From NCBI RefSeq assembly GCF_000143415.4, contig NW_003314290.1, positions 682,001-746,000 on the forward strand: a stretch of DNA of 64,000 nucleotides, read 5' to 3'. The translations under genes and the position numbers were made by a program. Positions 24,501 to 35,333 of the stretch are shown here, piece by piece. The notes under the pieces were generated by a model that saw nothing but the letters and a program-made list of their open reading frames with translations, ran no database searches and was not told the origin of the DNA. This DNA is from Selaginella moellendorffii. Taxonomy: Eukaryota > Plantae > Lycopodiophyta. Every line of letters starts with the position of its first letter. Positions within the stretch are counted from its first letter, which is position 1.

Positions 24501-25364
24501 GCTGCTGCAAGCGCTCAACGCCGTGACCATCGTGACTTTAACCGGAGAGAGCCCCTCTAGCTGCATTTCCCGAAAGCGCTGCATCGCGATATCCTTTCGA
24601 TCGTGCCTTGCAAGCGCTGAGATGATCGCGTTCCACGAAACCACGTCTCGGATCTTCATTCTCTCGAACACCATGGTGGCGGACTTCAAGCTCCCACACT
24701 TGCTATACATGTTGACGAGAGCGTTGCCCAGAACTACGTCCGAATCGAGCAGGCCTCTCTCCTCAACCAGCGCAAAAATCCTGTTCGCAGCTTCCAGCGC
24801 CGACGGATCGCAGCACGCGCTTACAACAGCCACGAAGGTGACGCTGTCTGGCTCGATTCTTCCATCTTCTTGCATCGCCTGGAAGAGTTCCATGGCCTCT
24901 TTGCAATGACCAGCCTGGGCATATGCCGTGATGACCGCGTTCCAGGATATAACATCCCTGTGATCCATCCCATCGAAGACCTCTCTCGCGAGAGCCAGGC
25001 TGCCGCACTTCCCATACATGTTGACCAGCGCATTCCCCACGGAGATCTGTGTCAGGAGCCCCGATTCGATCACCAGGAGATGGATGAACTTCCCTGCGGC
25101 GAGACTTTGGATCCGGACGCACGATTTGAGCGCTGTGATGAAGGAGACGTTGTCCGGCAGCAATCCATGGAGCAGCATTCGCCGAAATATCGCCAGCGCC
25201 TTGCCTGGATCGCCATTGCAGTTGCAAGAAGCGATGGCGCTGGTCCAGAGGACGAGATTCCGGCTCCATGAGTGGAGATCGTGCTGCGATTGAGGATTAA
25301 CTGCGAAAGAGTGGAAGAAAAGGCGTGTGATCCTCAGCAAACCCTTGCTAATTCCAAAGCGCAT
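21558..25364 (-). CDS. Very long intronless PLS-class PPR protein with E domain, no DYW (1268 aa)
   Basis: Roughly 30 or more P/L/S motifs (GNALVNMYSKCGSL..., DVISWN...). C-terminal E region HYSGMTDLLGRAG...WMTLLSACKVHGD...ALSNIFA*. N-terminus resembles a transit peptide. Confidence 0.93.
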   Translation of the reverse strand: MRFGISKGLLRITRLFFHSFAVNPQSQHDLHSWSRNLVLWTSAIASCNCNGDPGKALAIFRRMLLHGLLPDNVSFITALKSCVRIQSLAAGKFIHLLVIESGLLTQISVGNALVNMYGKCGSLALAREVFDGMDHRDVISWNAVITAYAQAGHCKEAMELFQAMQEDGRIEPDSVTFVAVVSACCDPSALEAANRIFALVEERGLLDSDVVLGNALVNMYSKCGSLKSATMVFERMKIRDVVSWNAIISALARHDRKDIAMQRFREMQLEGLSPVKVTMVTALSACSSIAACKRLGSWIMERGFAADTIVENALINAYGKCGGLRNARELFDSFKMRDVISWNTMIAAYVQHGQHSQALRLYQQMEMDETVHSNKSTLVIALGACLAPDALAQGKLIHSRLRGFGYDSDVFVANALVNMYSKCGSLDDAKSVFNEAAQTDAVSWNVMTAAYVQHSRNEDAIQLFRSMLLKSSLPDRITFATVLGACAGPAALPQGKTIHSCAFESGLESDDIVGNALLIMYSRCQSVHDAVTIFEKMDRPAIVVWNTMIETYIQHKMFNEARMLFFEMDERDVASWNGAIGACTEEHCYEEAFQLFHEMQLQGFAANKSTYLTLLSSCDSQSPKWLSRTKLVHHRIHSSGFESEEAVGSALVKAYSRCASIDEARRVFDSILQKDVVLWTTMISVYAQDGYSEAALELFQQMEKEEALLPDGFTLASALAACTGPEMLEEGREIHALVIERGCESELVVGNALVSMYANCGTLQDALECFQKMAQRNVVSWNAMIAAYVHHNCDKEAFRIFYQMQLEGVQPNSVTFVTFLSTCSTPAAFEDGLIRALEVEKRVESLDALVGNALLHTYAKLGKLDEVQRVFQRMEKQRDDVVTWNAVIEGSVRNGEFRNALELFERMQLQGTAPNSATFSTILTTCATPRLLDRAKQLHSIIRESGLEADVSVGNAAVHMFAKCWSLDDALAAFQRMPQKNLGSWNGLLGAYIHVGRLADTRKLFEEMEERDVITWNMILGAYVERDMAKEAVRLFRRMIAEGTEPNSITWTTMLGACAGEASLAEGRRVHELIAERGADSELFVGNALVDMFGKCASLGGARQAFERIRAKDASSWNVLVAALAQNGDAEEALKQFLRMQREGIKPTDVTFIVVFWACSHAGRLEQAKTIFASLRHDYGIAPLPSHYSGMTDLLGRAGFLDEAEEVIKRIPFSRDELPWMTLLSACKVHGDVERGRKVAGQVLRWNPGDSAAGVALSNIFAGADAVP

Positions 25365-25550
25365 CAAACGAAGAGCATTTACCCCAGAAAAAGAATCATT
25401 CGCTTAGGTCAGCACGTGGAAGACATGCGTTAAAGGCAAGTTTACCACACGGATATTCGTCTCCAAGTGGAAAAGGTGCGCTAAAGCCACGTGTTTGTTT
25501 AGGGTTCGTATCAAAAAAATTTGGAGAGAGGGAACAGAAGGGGGAAGAGA
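25365..25550. promoter_or_regulatory. Putative bidirectional promoter between PPR and WAT1
   Basis: 186-bp head-to-head spacer with two CACGTG G-boxes (~25413 and ~25488). Confidence 0.4.
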
Positions 25551-27148
25551 ATGGAGAGGAGGCTGTGGATTGCGCACCTCTGCCTCGCGATCGTCCAGCT
25601 CGACTATGGCGTCTATCACGTCCTCACCAAATTTGCGCTCACCACTGGCGCCAATCAGGTCGTGTTTTGCGTGTTTCGCGACCTCATCGCGCTCGCCATT
25701 CTTGCGCCCCTCGCATTCTTCTACGAGCGGTGAGTGGCGATGTCTTCGTGATTTCTTCTGCCGTGTTCTTAAAATCGATTGAAATGCGCTCTTTCTTCTA
25801 CAGGAGGAGCAGGACTCGCGTAAGCTCTCGGCTTTTATTCCATTTCTTCGTCCTGGGACTGTCCGGGTGAGCGTAAGAATCCCGAAATCTTCGATCCAGA
25901 GCTTTACAAGGGGCGTTTGGTTGTTGGAGCAGGATCTTTGGGAACCAGCTACTGTTCTTGCTTGGACTTAATCTCACCTCTCCCTCGTATGCCGCCGCAG
26001 TCCAGCCGGCAATTCCAGTGTTTACGTTTGTGCTCGCCTTGGCCAACGGGTAAGCAAATCTCTCTTCTCTTGGTGCTTTTGACAAATCAAGGTTTTTCCT
26101 CTGAGAAGTGAAGCCAATGTCACAGAGTTTTCTCTGCTTTGAGTTCTTCGACAGAGCTCTCTCTGCTTTGAGTTCTTCGACAGGGTTTTCTCTTCCACTC
26201 GAAGACAATCTCTTTGAGTAGACCATTTCTCTTTTGGATTTTCTGGTTGTAGTGACGCAAACGCGATGTTTTCTCCAGAACGGAAACTTTGAATTGGACT
26301 GGATATGATACTTTAGCGAAAGTGGGAGGAGTCTTTCTCAGCGTTTGTGGAGCGCTGCTCATGGCCTTGTACAAAGGTCCGCTCCTCTTCGGGCGTACCG
26401 AGCATTTGCATCATGGTGGAACTATTGTCGGAGTTTCGTTGTTGCAGAGAATTTCAAGCGCAACCGGTGCCGAGAACTGGCAGCTGGGAATTCTTTGCCT
26501 CCTTGGTAATTGCTTCCTCATGGCTTTGTACATTGCTTATCAGGTAAGCTTTTTGCTGTTCTTTTCTACGTCCTCTGCCATTAACTTGGATCGGAACATT
26601 TTCTTACCAGGCGCCTGTCTTGGCAAAGTATCCTTTCGGATTGACAGTCACTGCCTACTCGTATCTCTTTGGAACGCTTCTCATGGCATTTACTGGAGTG
26701 CTGGCAGTGGGCGATACGACACAATGGCTTTTCAACCAAGTGGAAGGCTACGCAGTTTTGTACGCGGTAACTTGGCTCGAGCTTTCTTTCCATAAGTTCT
26801 TCACTGTTTCTCGGTTTTTCACTCCAGGGAATTTTTGCGTCGGCAATCAACTACGTGCTTTTAACTTGGTCCAACGGTGTTGTTGGCCCGTCGCTCGTCG
26901 CGCTTTACATGCCTTTGCAGCCACTTGCCTCCTCTACGCTGGCTTGCGTTTTCCTACGAAGTCCATTGTTCCTGGGAAGGTAAGAAACTCACTTCCTACT
27001 TGTATATCGATAGCTAACAGCGGAAACTTTCTTCAGTGTTCTTGGAGGATTACTCATTGTTGCGGGATTACTCCTCGTAACTTGGGGGAAGGCCGTGAGT
27101 GAACGCGAGCGGGAGCGTGAAAGCCAGAAACCCCTTCTAGAAAGGTAA
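25551..27148 (+). CDS. WAT1-related / UMAMIT (MtN21, EamA) transporter, multi-exon
   Basis: [27 protein letters not shown]...[19 protein letters not shown]; [30 protein letters not shown]; [22 protein letters not shown]; [16 protein letters not shown]; GT-AG introns; TAA 27146-27148. Confidence 0.93.
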
Positions 27149-27562
27149 GGTTTTGGCTATGGAGTTTCCAAGTTTCCAAGCTTTGATCCGTTGGCCGTGC
27201 AGTGAAGCGTAAGTGGATCAAAAGCGACTGTATTTTCTATATATATATATACGCGAGGAAAACGTCACTCGTACTCGTATGTACAAATTCGTGGATAAGG
27301 CTGCCGGTCCAACAACTAGCCAACCAAAAGGCTTAAAAGCAAGAACGAAAACAATGACCGCTCAAGATAGTACGTTCTTTATCTCCGTGCTCGAAAGACT
27401 TACAAACGTGAAGGAACGCAAAAATTATTTTTGTTTGTAATCTACAACAAGCACCTTCGCTTAAATTTACAGCCTTGTTCTTCCTCGAGCTCTTGCTTTC
27501 ACTTTGATCTTCGCTTTGATTTGTTTTCGCTGGTTTGCCACAGACTGATTGATCTCCTTTTT

Positions 27563-29332
27563 TCAATCCTCCACACTAGCTCCTGTCAAACCGAGCGCGT
27601 GGCTCAGTTCCATCCGGTACTCCAGCCCGCGAATGTGATGCCCCATGAGCATACACCTGCAAGCACACGATCACGCTCGTTAGATTCCATGGAAGCAAAG
27701 AACTGTAAGAAAAAAAACTCTAGACTAGACAATGTTAGAAAGTGTCAGGAGCCGAGTAGCCACCACACAGCACCATTTCGCTTTGAAAGGAATGCCTTCC
27801 TTACCTTGGGTATTCACAGTTTCGTATCAAACGCTGCACGGTGGCCTCGACAAAACTCCTTGCAAAATCACACGTTAACAAGCACGACATACGCACCAGA
27901 AGAGGAGTCGGGCGAGGTAGTCGCGGGTTGCTGTTGCCGTCGACTGGAACTTCAGGGGTAAGTTGTTCGCAAACATCTCGGCCGAGCTGCTGCTCTTGTT
28001 CCACGGGCTTGAAATGGAACTCGACGGCGGGGATCCGCCACCGTTGAGCTGCGGCGGTGGCTTTGATTGTCTCGACTTGCACAGGCCATTGAGCAGCCCG
28101 TCGATTACTTTCTGGATCACCTCTTCCACATCTTTAGAGGCCGGGTGCGAGAGCTCGGCAACCTGAAAGATGAAAGAAAACAACAGTCAATCAACGTAAG
28201 GGACAATGTGGTCTTTTTAGAACACAGACCTTGTCTGGTTCCAGAGATCTCAAGTAGTCAAGGAGGTCGTTCTTTTCATCCCCGACAAGCTTCTCCATCT
28301 CCAGTGCAGTTTTAGCTCGTTTGCAATCCTCGAGCTCCTGAATTTGCAAGATTAGAGTCACATAAAAGAAGAACCAAACGAAGTATTACCTTCTCCATCG
28401 CTAGCATTTTTGCCTGTATATGGCTAACGTAATCCTGCGCTTCTCGTGATAGGGACCCCAGATTCCCAGGCAGGTTCAAAGCCTCCACTTCTTCCGAGAC
28501 CGAAGAGTCACTGCAACTCCCCTCTCCAACGGTCTCGTCCGAAGCATCACAGGCACGGCTGTCTTCCAAGTCTTGTGACTTTTTTTCTTTCACGTCACTT
28601 GCAACTGACGTGCTCGCAAGGTCTTCCTCGGAGAGTTGTAGACTTCTTTGCAAGCAGAGCCTGTACTCGGCATTCCTGAGGGTGTACCTATGGAGCGAAA
28701 AAAATAGACAAAGAAAAGGCGTTAGAGAATCACACACGACTCTGAGAGAATCTTCAAAGAAGAAAAACAGCCAAGCCTTACCCAGTCATCATCGAAGACA
28801 CAAGGAGCTTTGCGAGTGGTTCTCTGTAAGCTTCAATCGTGACTTTGAACTGGTCCGACGGTAGTAGCCCAAGCATTCCAGAGATGGTCCTCTTCATCGC
28901 ATCCATGCTATCAGCCGACGCGTCTTTGCTAATGCTACTCACGTCTAGAGGCTCGATTTGCTCCACCATGCTAAGAAGAAACGCTTTGTCCTTCTGCAAA
29001 GAAGAAAAACCAAACCGAAGAGATAAGAAAGTAGCTCCGATTGCCTAGAGAGAGATTCCCACCTCTGGATTGTAGGTTTTCTTCGCCGAGAAATCCGAAT
29101 CGGAGGAATCCCAGAATCCCCCGAGCCCATGCAGCAAGCACACCGAGAATGCACTCCTCCCGGACCTCTTCCCACGCCAAGAACGCGGAGAATCCCCCGC
29201 TCTGTGCTTGAGCAGCCCATTCCCCCACGAAATACCTGACGATGCAAATCGCGCCACTGCCGCCGCGTCGCCCTCCAGCGCCCTGGCGACCGCCGCGGAT
29301 GGAGCGGCCACCGCCGCCATGGCCGCGGCCAT
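27563..29332 (-). CDS. DUF760 family protein (probably plastid-targeted), multi-exon
   Basis: DAMKRTISGMLGLLPSDQF...LAKLLVSSMMTGYTLRNAEYRLCL; KNDLLDYLRSLEP; RDYLARLLFWCMLMGHHIRGLEYRMEL. Confidence 0.88.
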
Positions 29333-29645
29333 TCCTCTGTTAAAACCCTAATTGGACTGGTGGATGAATAGCGAGGGACAACGATCCCCGCCTAGCGTTA
29401 GCTCGCCCATGATGCCACTCTTTCTGCCCTATCTTTCTTCCTTTACCTAGGTTAAAAACGAGGTTTCCAGTCCTCCACAACGCATAATTTCCACCATACG
29501 TTGTTTCTATGGATCACTTTGACAAGAAAATTCCAAGGGATAATCTCCCCCACATTCTTTTTATATCGGAATCTCTTCCTTTCTGGGCGATGAGCCACGA
29601 TCAAAGAGAAAACAATGTATGTATTAGATACGAAAGAAGAGGCGA

Positions 29646-30755
29646 TTAAACACTGGACTGGATGGACTCGCTGTAAGACTCTTGCTGATCGTAAAACACC
29701 GACCAAAGCATCACGCCACCATAGTTGTGAGATGACTTGATCTCCGGCAAGACGCTCGACGTCGCGACATGAGCCGGAAGAAACCCGGACCCGGCAGCGC
29801 TCGGAGACGCCGGCAATCCCAGATAGATCTTCGCGCTGGGAATCGATGAAGTCCACTGCTTCCAAGAATCCAGGAGCTTTCCATCGTCGCCATCAACATA
29901 TGCGCAGGGGGGATTGTTGTAGAACTGCACGAAGATGAAATCAAACAATCCAGGAGTTTGCACCGCGGAGCCGAGATTTGCATCCGGGAAGGGGCACTGC
30001 GGCGCGGCAGACACCAAAACCTTGGAGCTCCCGGCAATGCTGCGAAGGTGGCGGACGAGCCCGGCGTATAACTCTGGGGTGGCGCCCGACTCCACGTCCA
30101 GATCGATCCCGTCAAGAACAGCGTCGCCCAAGGGCCTGTCCGAGGAATCCCCGCCGAGGAAGCTCGCCCACAATCGCTTGGCGAGATCGGCGGCGTCGGC
30201 ATCGCTCACCAATCTCCCGGGAGAGTCGCCACCGCCGAGAGACAGCAAGACTTTGACCCCGCTTGACTGGCACGACTTGATTTGACCGCTTAAAACAGTG
30301 CAGCCGTGGGAGTATGGATCGCAGTGGCCGGCGAGATTGAGCATCGGGCGCTGGAAGTTGCCAAACTCGTTGAGGAACGAGAGGAGGATAATCTCGTAGC
30401 TGTCGCTCGCGCAAACCTTGTCCAGAGGACCTTCATTTCCATTCTGTCCCCAGTAAGCCGCGATCTTGCCTTTCCCGCCCGGGTGGGATGGAGATGGGGG
30501 GCTCGGCGGACTTGGGTGATGGGGCGGAGATGGATGCGATGGCGATGGATGATGAGGCGGTGTTCCTCCGTATGGTGGTGCCGGTGGAGTATTGCCGCAG
30601 TATTCCGAGCCTTGGCCGCAGTAGTTCCATTTGCTACAACAGTATCCCGGTGGGCATGGCTTCGAGGAAGAGCACGAACCATCTTGGGCTTGGGCGAAGT
30701 TTGCCACTGCTGCCCCCAATGCTAGAGCTAGAATCACAGCAAACATCTTTGTCAT
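29646..30755 (-). CDS. GH18 class III chitinase with N-terminal hevein (CBM18) domain and Pro/His-rich hinge
   Basis: Signal peptide; CSSSKPCPPGYCCSKWNYCGQGSEYC; PSPSHPSPP hinge; [55 protein letters not shown]. Confidence 0.95.
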   Translation of the reverse strand: MTKMFAVILALALGAAVANFAQAQDGSCSSSKPCPPGYCCSKWNYCGQGSEYCGNTPPAPPYGGTPPHHPSPSHPSPPHHPSPPSPPSPSHPGGKGKIAAYWGQNGNEGPLDKVCASDSYEIILLSFLNEFGNFQRPMLNLAGHCDPYSHGCTVLSGQIKSCQSSGVKVLLSLGGGDSPGRLVSDADAADLAKRLWASFLGGDSSDRPLGDAVLDGIDLDVESGATPELYAGLVRHLRSIAGSSKVLVSAAPQCPFPDANLGSAVQTPGLFDFIFVQFYNNPPCAYVDGDDGKLLDSWKQWTSSIPSAKIYLGLPASPSAAGSGFLPAHVATSSVLPEIKSSHNYGGVMLWSVFYDQQESYSESIQSSV

Positions 30756-30988
30756 AGCTCGATTATATATCGAGAAGAAGGATGTGATACTATAGCGATG
30801 TTTGCGACGAGCTCGTTTAAATCCATCCTAGCAATCCAGCATTTTCATACGTGACAGAAGCGACCATCCTTGCACTTCACTTCACTCGAAGAATCCTTCA
30901 CCATTTTTTTAAGGCATTTTCGCGCGCTAAAGACATTGAGAAGAATACATCTAAAGATTCTTATTTGAAATCTCAAATCTAGCGTGGT

Positions 30989-31924
30989 CTAGACGCTGGA
31001 CAGGATGGAATCGCTATACGACTCTTGCTGATCGAAGAAAACAGCCCACAGCATGATTCCACCGTAGTTGCGAGTCGATTTGATGACGGGAAGCACGCTG
31101 GACCTGGCCACATTTGCTGGAAGGAAGCCCGATCCAGCGGCGGCACGAGAGGCCGGCAATCCCAGGTAGAACTTTGCGGTGGGGATCGACGACGTCCACT
31201 GCTTCCAAGAATCCAGGAGCTTCTTGCTATCGCTGCCATCGAACGCGCAGGGGGGATTGTTGTAAAACTGGACGAAGATCAAATCAAACAGCCCCGGAAC
31301 CTTGAGAGCCAAGCCGAGATTCTCGTCCGGAAACGGGCACTGAGGAGCAGCAGCGACGATAATCTTGGATCTCCCGGCAATGGTGCGAAGATGGCGGACC
31401 ATCGATGCGTATAGCTTCGGGGTCTTGCCCGACTCAATGTCCAGATCGATTCCATCAAGAACAGCGTCGCCCAAAGGCTTATACGAGGATTCACCGCCGA
31501 GAAAACTGTCAAACAATTGGTGGGCGAGATTGGCAGCGTCGGCCTCGCTCACCAATAGGGCGGAACCGCTGGCGCCGCCGATCGAGAGCAAGACTTTGAC
31601 CCCCATTGACTGGCACGACTTGATTTGACCGCCCACGGCCGCGCAGCCATCCGAGGTGGTGGCGTCGCAGTGGCCTGCCAGATTCAGCACGGGCTGCCGG
31701 AAGTTTCCAAACTCATTAAGGAACGCGATGTTGATGATCTCGTAGTTCCCACTCGCGCAAACTTTGTCCAAGGGGCCCTCTTGCCCGAACTGGCCCCAGT
31801 AGGAGACGATCCCTCCATCTCTTGATTTGCTACGCAATCTGCGAGGAGAAGAAGCGGCTGCTATTGTCGCTGCTGCTGCTAAGATCATCACAAGGAATGT
31901 TGCTTTTCCTGCGAGGAAAGCCAT
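30989..31924 (-). CDS. GH18 class III chitinase
   Basis: Signal peptide; [38 protein letters not shown]. Confidence 0.95.
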   Translation of the reverse strand: MAFLAGKATFLVMILAAAATIAAASSPRRLRSKSRDGGIVSYWGQFGQEGPLDKVCASGNYEIINIAFLNEFGNFRQPVLNLAGHCDATTSDGCAAVGGQIKSCQSMGVKVLLSIGGASGSALLVSEADAANLAHQLFDSFLGGESSYKPLGDAVLDGIDLDIESGKTPKLYASMVRHLRTIAGRSKIIVAAAPQCPFPDENLGLALKVPGLFDLIFVQFYNNPPCAFDGSDSKKLLDSWKQWTSSIPTAKFYLGLPASRAAAGSGFLPANVARSSVLPVIKSTRNYGGIMLWAVFFDQQESYSDSILSSV

Positions 31925-32298
31925 GGAAGTTATCGGTCGATCAAGCTAGCTAAGATGCTTTGGAGGATTATGGAAACTGATGTGTTGCAAGGAGGATGAA
32001 TCAGGGTGCTTTTTAAGGTGCTCAATCCAGCTCTAACTTCATCACAAATGACAGAGTAGCTTGTACTACTTGGATGTCTCAGAGTTTCTTGGCTCTTACA
32101 TTTTAATCCATTCCTTGGTGACCACTTTCTCTTGTCATGTTCTTGCTTGATCAGATACAAAGCGTGTTCCAAGCAACAGTGAACTTGAATAGCTACACAA
32201 GAAGGGAATGCCACGAATGAAATAGCTAAACAGTGACTCGAATTCAAAACAATGGAGGAATCAATCTATTTATGTACGTGGTGAGGAACAGTGCGTGA

Positions 32299-33276
32299 TC
32301 ACACACTGGAACGAATGGCCTCGCTATACTGCTCCTGCTGATCATAGTAAACCGACCAAAACATGACACCACCATAATTCTTGGAGCGCTTGATCTCCGG
32401 AAGAACGCTCGACTTGCAAACATTCGGAGGGAGAAACCCACTGCCTGCCGCGGAAGGAGAAGCCGGAAGCCCCAGGAAGATCTTCGCGGTTGGAATCGCG
32501 GTAGTCCACTGCTTCCACGAATCAAGCAAGTTCTCAGCTCCACCGCCACCATAACCGCAAGGATTGTTGTAAAACTGGACAAACAAGTAGTCAAAGAGCC
32601 CCGGAATCTGGATGGCAGTCCCGAGATTCAAATCCGGGAACGGGCACTGGGGAGCTGCGGTGACGACGAGCTTCTTCTTGCCAGATCCATGAGCGAGGCT
32701 GCGCAAGCTCTTCACCATCACTCCATATCGATCCGGGATTCCACCACCCTCGATATCCAGATCAATCCCGTTCAGCACTGCCGATCCAAGGGGACGATCC
32801 GAGGAGTGCCCGCCGAGGTAGCTGTTCCAGAGCTTCTCCGCAAAATCTCTAGCATCGGCATCGCTGACCAAGTACCCGCCGGAAGCACCGCCACCAATGG
32901 AGAGGATGATCTGCACGCCTTTGGCCTGACAAGCTTTGATCTTGCTGCTGTAAGCCTTGCAGCCGCCATTGGAGGGATCGCAATGGTTGGCCAAGTTGAG
33001 AACCGGATCCAGGAAGTTGCCAAAGCTGGCCAGGAACGCGAGCATCACGATCCTGTAGTTCCCGGAGCTGCAAACCTGATCGAGATCATCCTCTCCGTCG
33101 TGCTGGCCCCAGTAGGCTGCGATCTTTCCCCTCCCGGGTGGATAATCCGGAAGATCGGCGTCGGGAGATGGAGCTGGAGCTGGCGATGGAGCTGGCGATG
33201 GCGTCTCACAAGCTGCCGCTGCTGCTGCTCCAAAGACGAAGAGAACCGCCGCCAAGAGAGGGAATGGCGCCGCCAT
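32299..33276 (-). CDS. GH18 class III chitinase with short Pro-rich N-terminal stalk
   Basis: ATG at 33276 (MAAPFPLLAA signal peptide; TATAAAA ~45 bp upstream); PSPAPSPAPAPSP; LNGIDLDIE; YGGVMFW. Confidence 0.95.
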   Translation of the reverse strand: MAAPFPLLAAVLFVFGAAAAAACETPSPAPSPAPAPSPDADLPDYPPGRGKIAAYWGQHDGEDDLDQVCSSGNYRIVMLAFLASFGNFLDPVLNLANHCDPSNGGCKAYSSKIKACQAKGVQIILSIGGGASGGYLVSDADARDFAEKLWNSYLGGHSSDRPLGSAVLNGIDLDIEGGGIPDRYGVMVKSLRSLAHGSGKKKLVVTAAPQCPFPDLNLGTAIQIPGLFDYLFVQFYNNPCGYGGGGAENLLDSWKQWTTAIPTAKIFLGLPASPSAAGSGFLPPNVCKSSVLPEIKRSKNYGGVMFWSVYYDQQEQYSEAIRSSV

Positions 33277-34370
33277 ATCGATTTCTTCTTCGCTGGATTT
33301 CGATCGAAGACGACCGCATTTTATATCACTTTGTCGATAGTCGCGACAGGATTCTGGCCCGCACCCGAAAGTATCCGCTCGTTTGTGATGAAGATCCGCA
33401 CGCTGTTGACAAAAAAACATGAACCCTAACCCTAGGGGTTTAACAGTATTTTAAAAAGTATGTTTGCGACTGGAACCTCGTTGCGAGTGGAGGGCGCTGG
33501 AGACCTCGCCCTTTCTCTCCAGTGATGGCTTCGTCAAGCTCCCTATGGAAAGGGTGGATGTAGCAACTTTTGTTTAGTGTTGATAAATTACAATGGATGG
33601 TTTGGAGGAAAGGCGAGAATCACACAGTTCCAGGTCCAATCGCATTTACTCGAATTCTGAACATGTGTTTTATTCAACATGGTCTGGTAGGTCTTTGATA
33701 TTCTACTTACCTACTTTCACTACCTACGCTCTTTGAACTCGCCCAGCCTTGACTTCGAGAAGCTGTTTGCGATTTCTTCCATCCCTAAGATTTACTTCGC
33801 AGCATCAATGTTGGATAGGAGGGCCGGAAGATCCTGTCATTGCCAAGGAATGGTAGCTGTTGTCAGAAGTGGTCATATATCTATAGCCCTAGAGGACATC
33901 TTCAACCTGGGTGGAGGTGCAGAGTTGGCAAAGGCGAAGATGTGCCAGGTAGGTAGCATACATGACGGCACTGTTCTTGCCAGCAGCCATTGCTCAAAAG
34001 CCTGCGAGCTATAATCGTCTATTGGGACCTCCTCAAGATCAAGGCCAAGCTTTGCCGTTCATTTCTTGAGCTCACCGGCCTTCATCTCGCTCTGAGGAGT
34101 CATCAATAGCTCGCATCTAGAGCTTCGTTTGCAGGTTGCTAAGCTGCAGCTGGGTCTTCACATTAATTGATCGTCCTTTTCCATGTAAGAAGCTCCATCA
34201 AGGCTCGAGCAGGATGATCGGGTAGGACACATCTCCTGTATGAAGCTCCATGCGGATTAAGTGGTATTGGAGCTCCTCCCAGTACAGTAACTCTTTAGAA
34301 TTGATAAGGTTCTAATCTACGCAAACTATTCTATTCATGTCTTCTAGAACATGGAAAAGTTGTCTGATTG

Positions 34371-34512
34371 ATCCACTCTGGAAGTTTTAAAATGCATGGT
34401 GATGTCAGTTACCTAACTGGTCCACTCTGGAATATTTAAAATGCAAGGTGATGTAGGCAATCATTTTGATTGACCCACTCGGAACTGTATTAAACGTAGA
34501 TCCACTCTGGAG
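34371..34512. repeat. Short degenerate tandem repeat (~50 bp, TCCACTCTGGA core)
   Basis: Core at ~34372, 34421, 34474 (degenerate) and 34501. Confidence 0.6.
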
Positions 34513-35333
34513 GCGTGTCAAACATGAAGGTTCGCTGGGAGATTTTTCCGGGACTATCATGGCCGACACTATTCAGCCTTTGGACTGCAGGAACATTAGT
34601 GCCTGAATCAGACATCACCAACAAGCAAGATCACACAAGCAAGCAAAATCTCCCTGACACCTCCAGCCTAACACCTCCAGCAATCAGAGAGAGAGATCTT
34701 AGATCTAAGAAAATAGAGGTGCGTTCAACATTGTCAAACCAAACAAAAAGCTCACGAGGGCCCATGCAGGGCATCCGACCTATAATTTATGCAGGAGATG
34801 TCTTACTTTGAAGCGGAATGTAAGAGAGGTCTTCTCCTTGAAGCAGGGATGATGGTATCTAGAGTTTCGTTTGAAGTTGGTGACCGTGTTGTTCGAGGAT
34901 GGCCAGCATCTAATTGCAGAGGCGTGCTGTTATCAGACAGATAGAGTTTTTAGGAAAGCTTTTCATCCACAACTCAAACCAGTGGTGTGGAGTGGAGGAG
35001 TTGCGAGGAACATACGTCCCAACCAAGCGGCGCTTTCGGCTCTTTTAAAATATGGCGGGCGCGGGAATTTTAAAAACCGGTCGTCCATCCACAGACACAC
35101 AATAATGTGCACTAGATTTAAACACGTGATACAATTGTATGATTTTGGGCTTGCCGGTCGCAATGGACGCTTGCCTGCCAGCCATCCATTCATATTTATG
35201 CCGGTCAAAAACTACCATTTTCCTCTTACCGTACGTCCGGGAGTCTCAGCCATGGCCAGACAGTATAAAAGGACGCGAATCCCCTATCCTCCCTCCCTCA
35301 CAGACTCCAACAGAAAAAAAGAAGGAAAAGAAA

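Noticed and set aside
26120-26195. 29-bp tandem repeat in a WAT1 intron
   Set aside because: Ordinary intronic slippage repeat with no spacers; not CRISPR-like
33277-33420. Longer N-terminus for chitinase 3 (RLRSKS resembles chitinase 2)
   Set aside because: The codons differ, and the TATA box and signal peptide support the ATG at 33276
33422-33441. AAACCCTAA motifs (also ~29344, ~50288, ~57951)
   Set aside because: Single telo-box-like motifs, not a telomeric array
33730-34250. Possible kinase pseudogene remnant on the minus strand (LMELLTWKR; LCQLCTS)
   Set aside because: Too degenerate, with many stops; cannot be supported without a search
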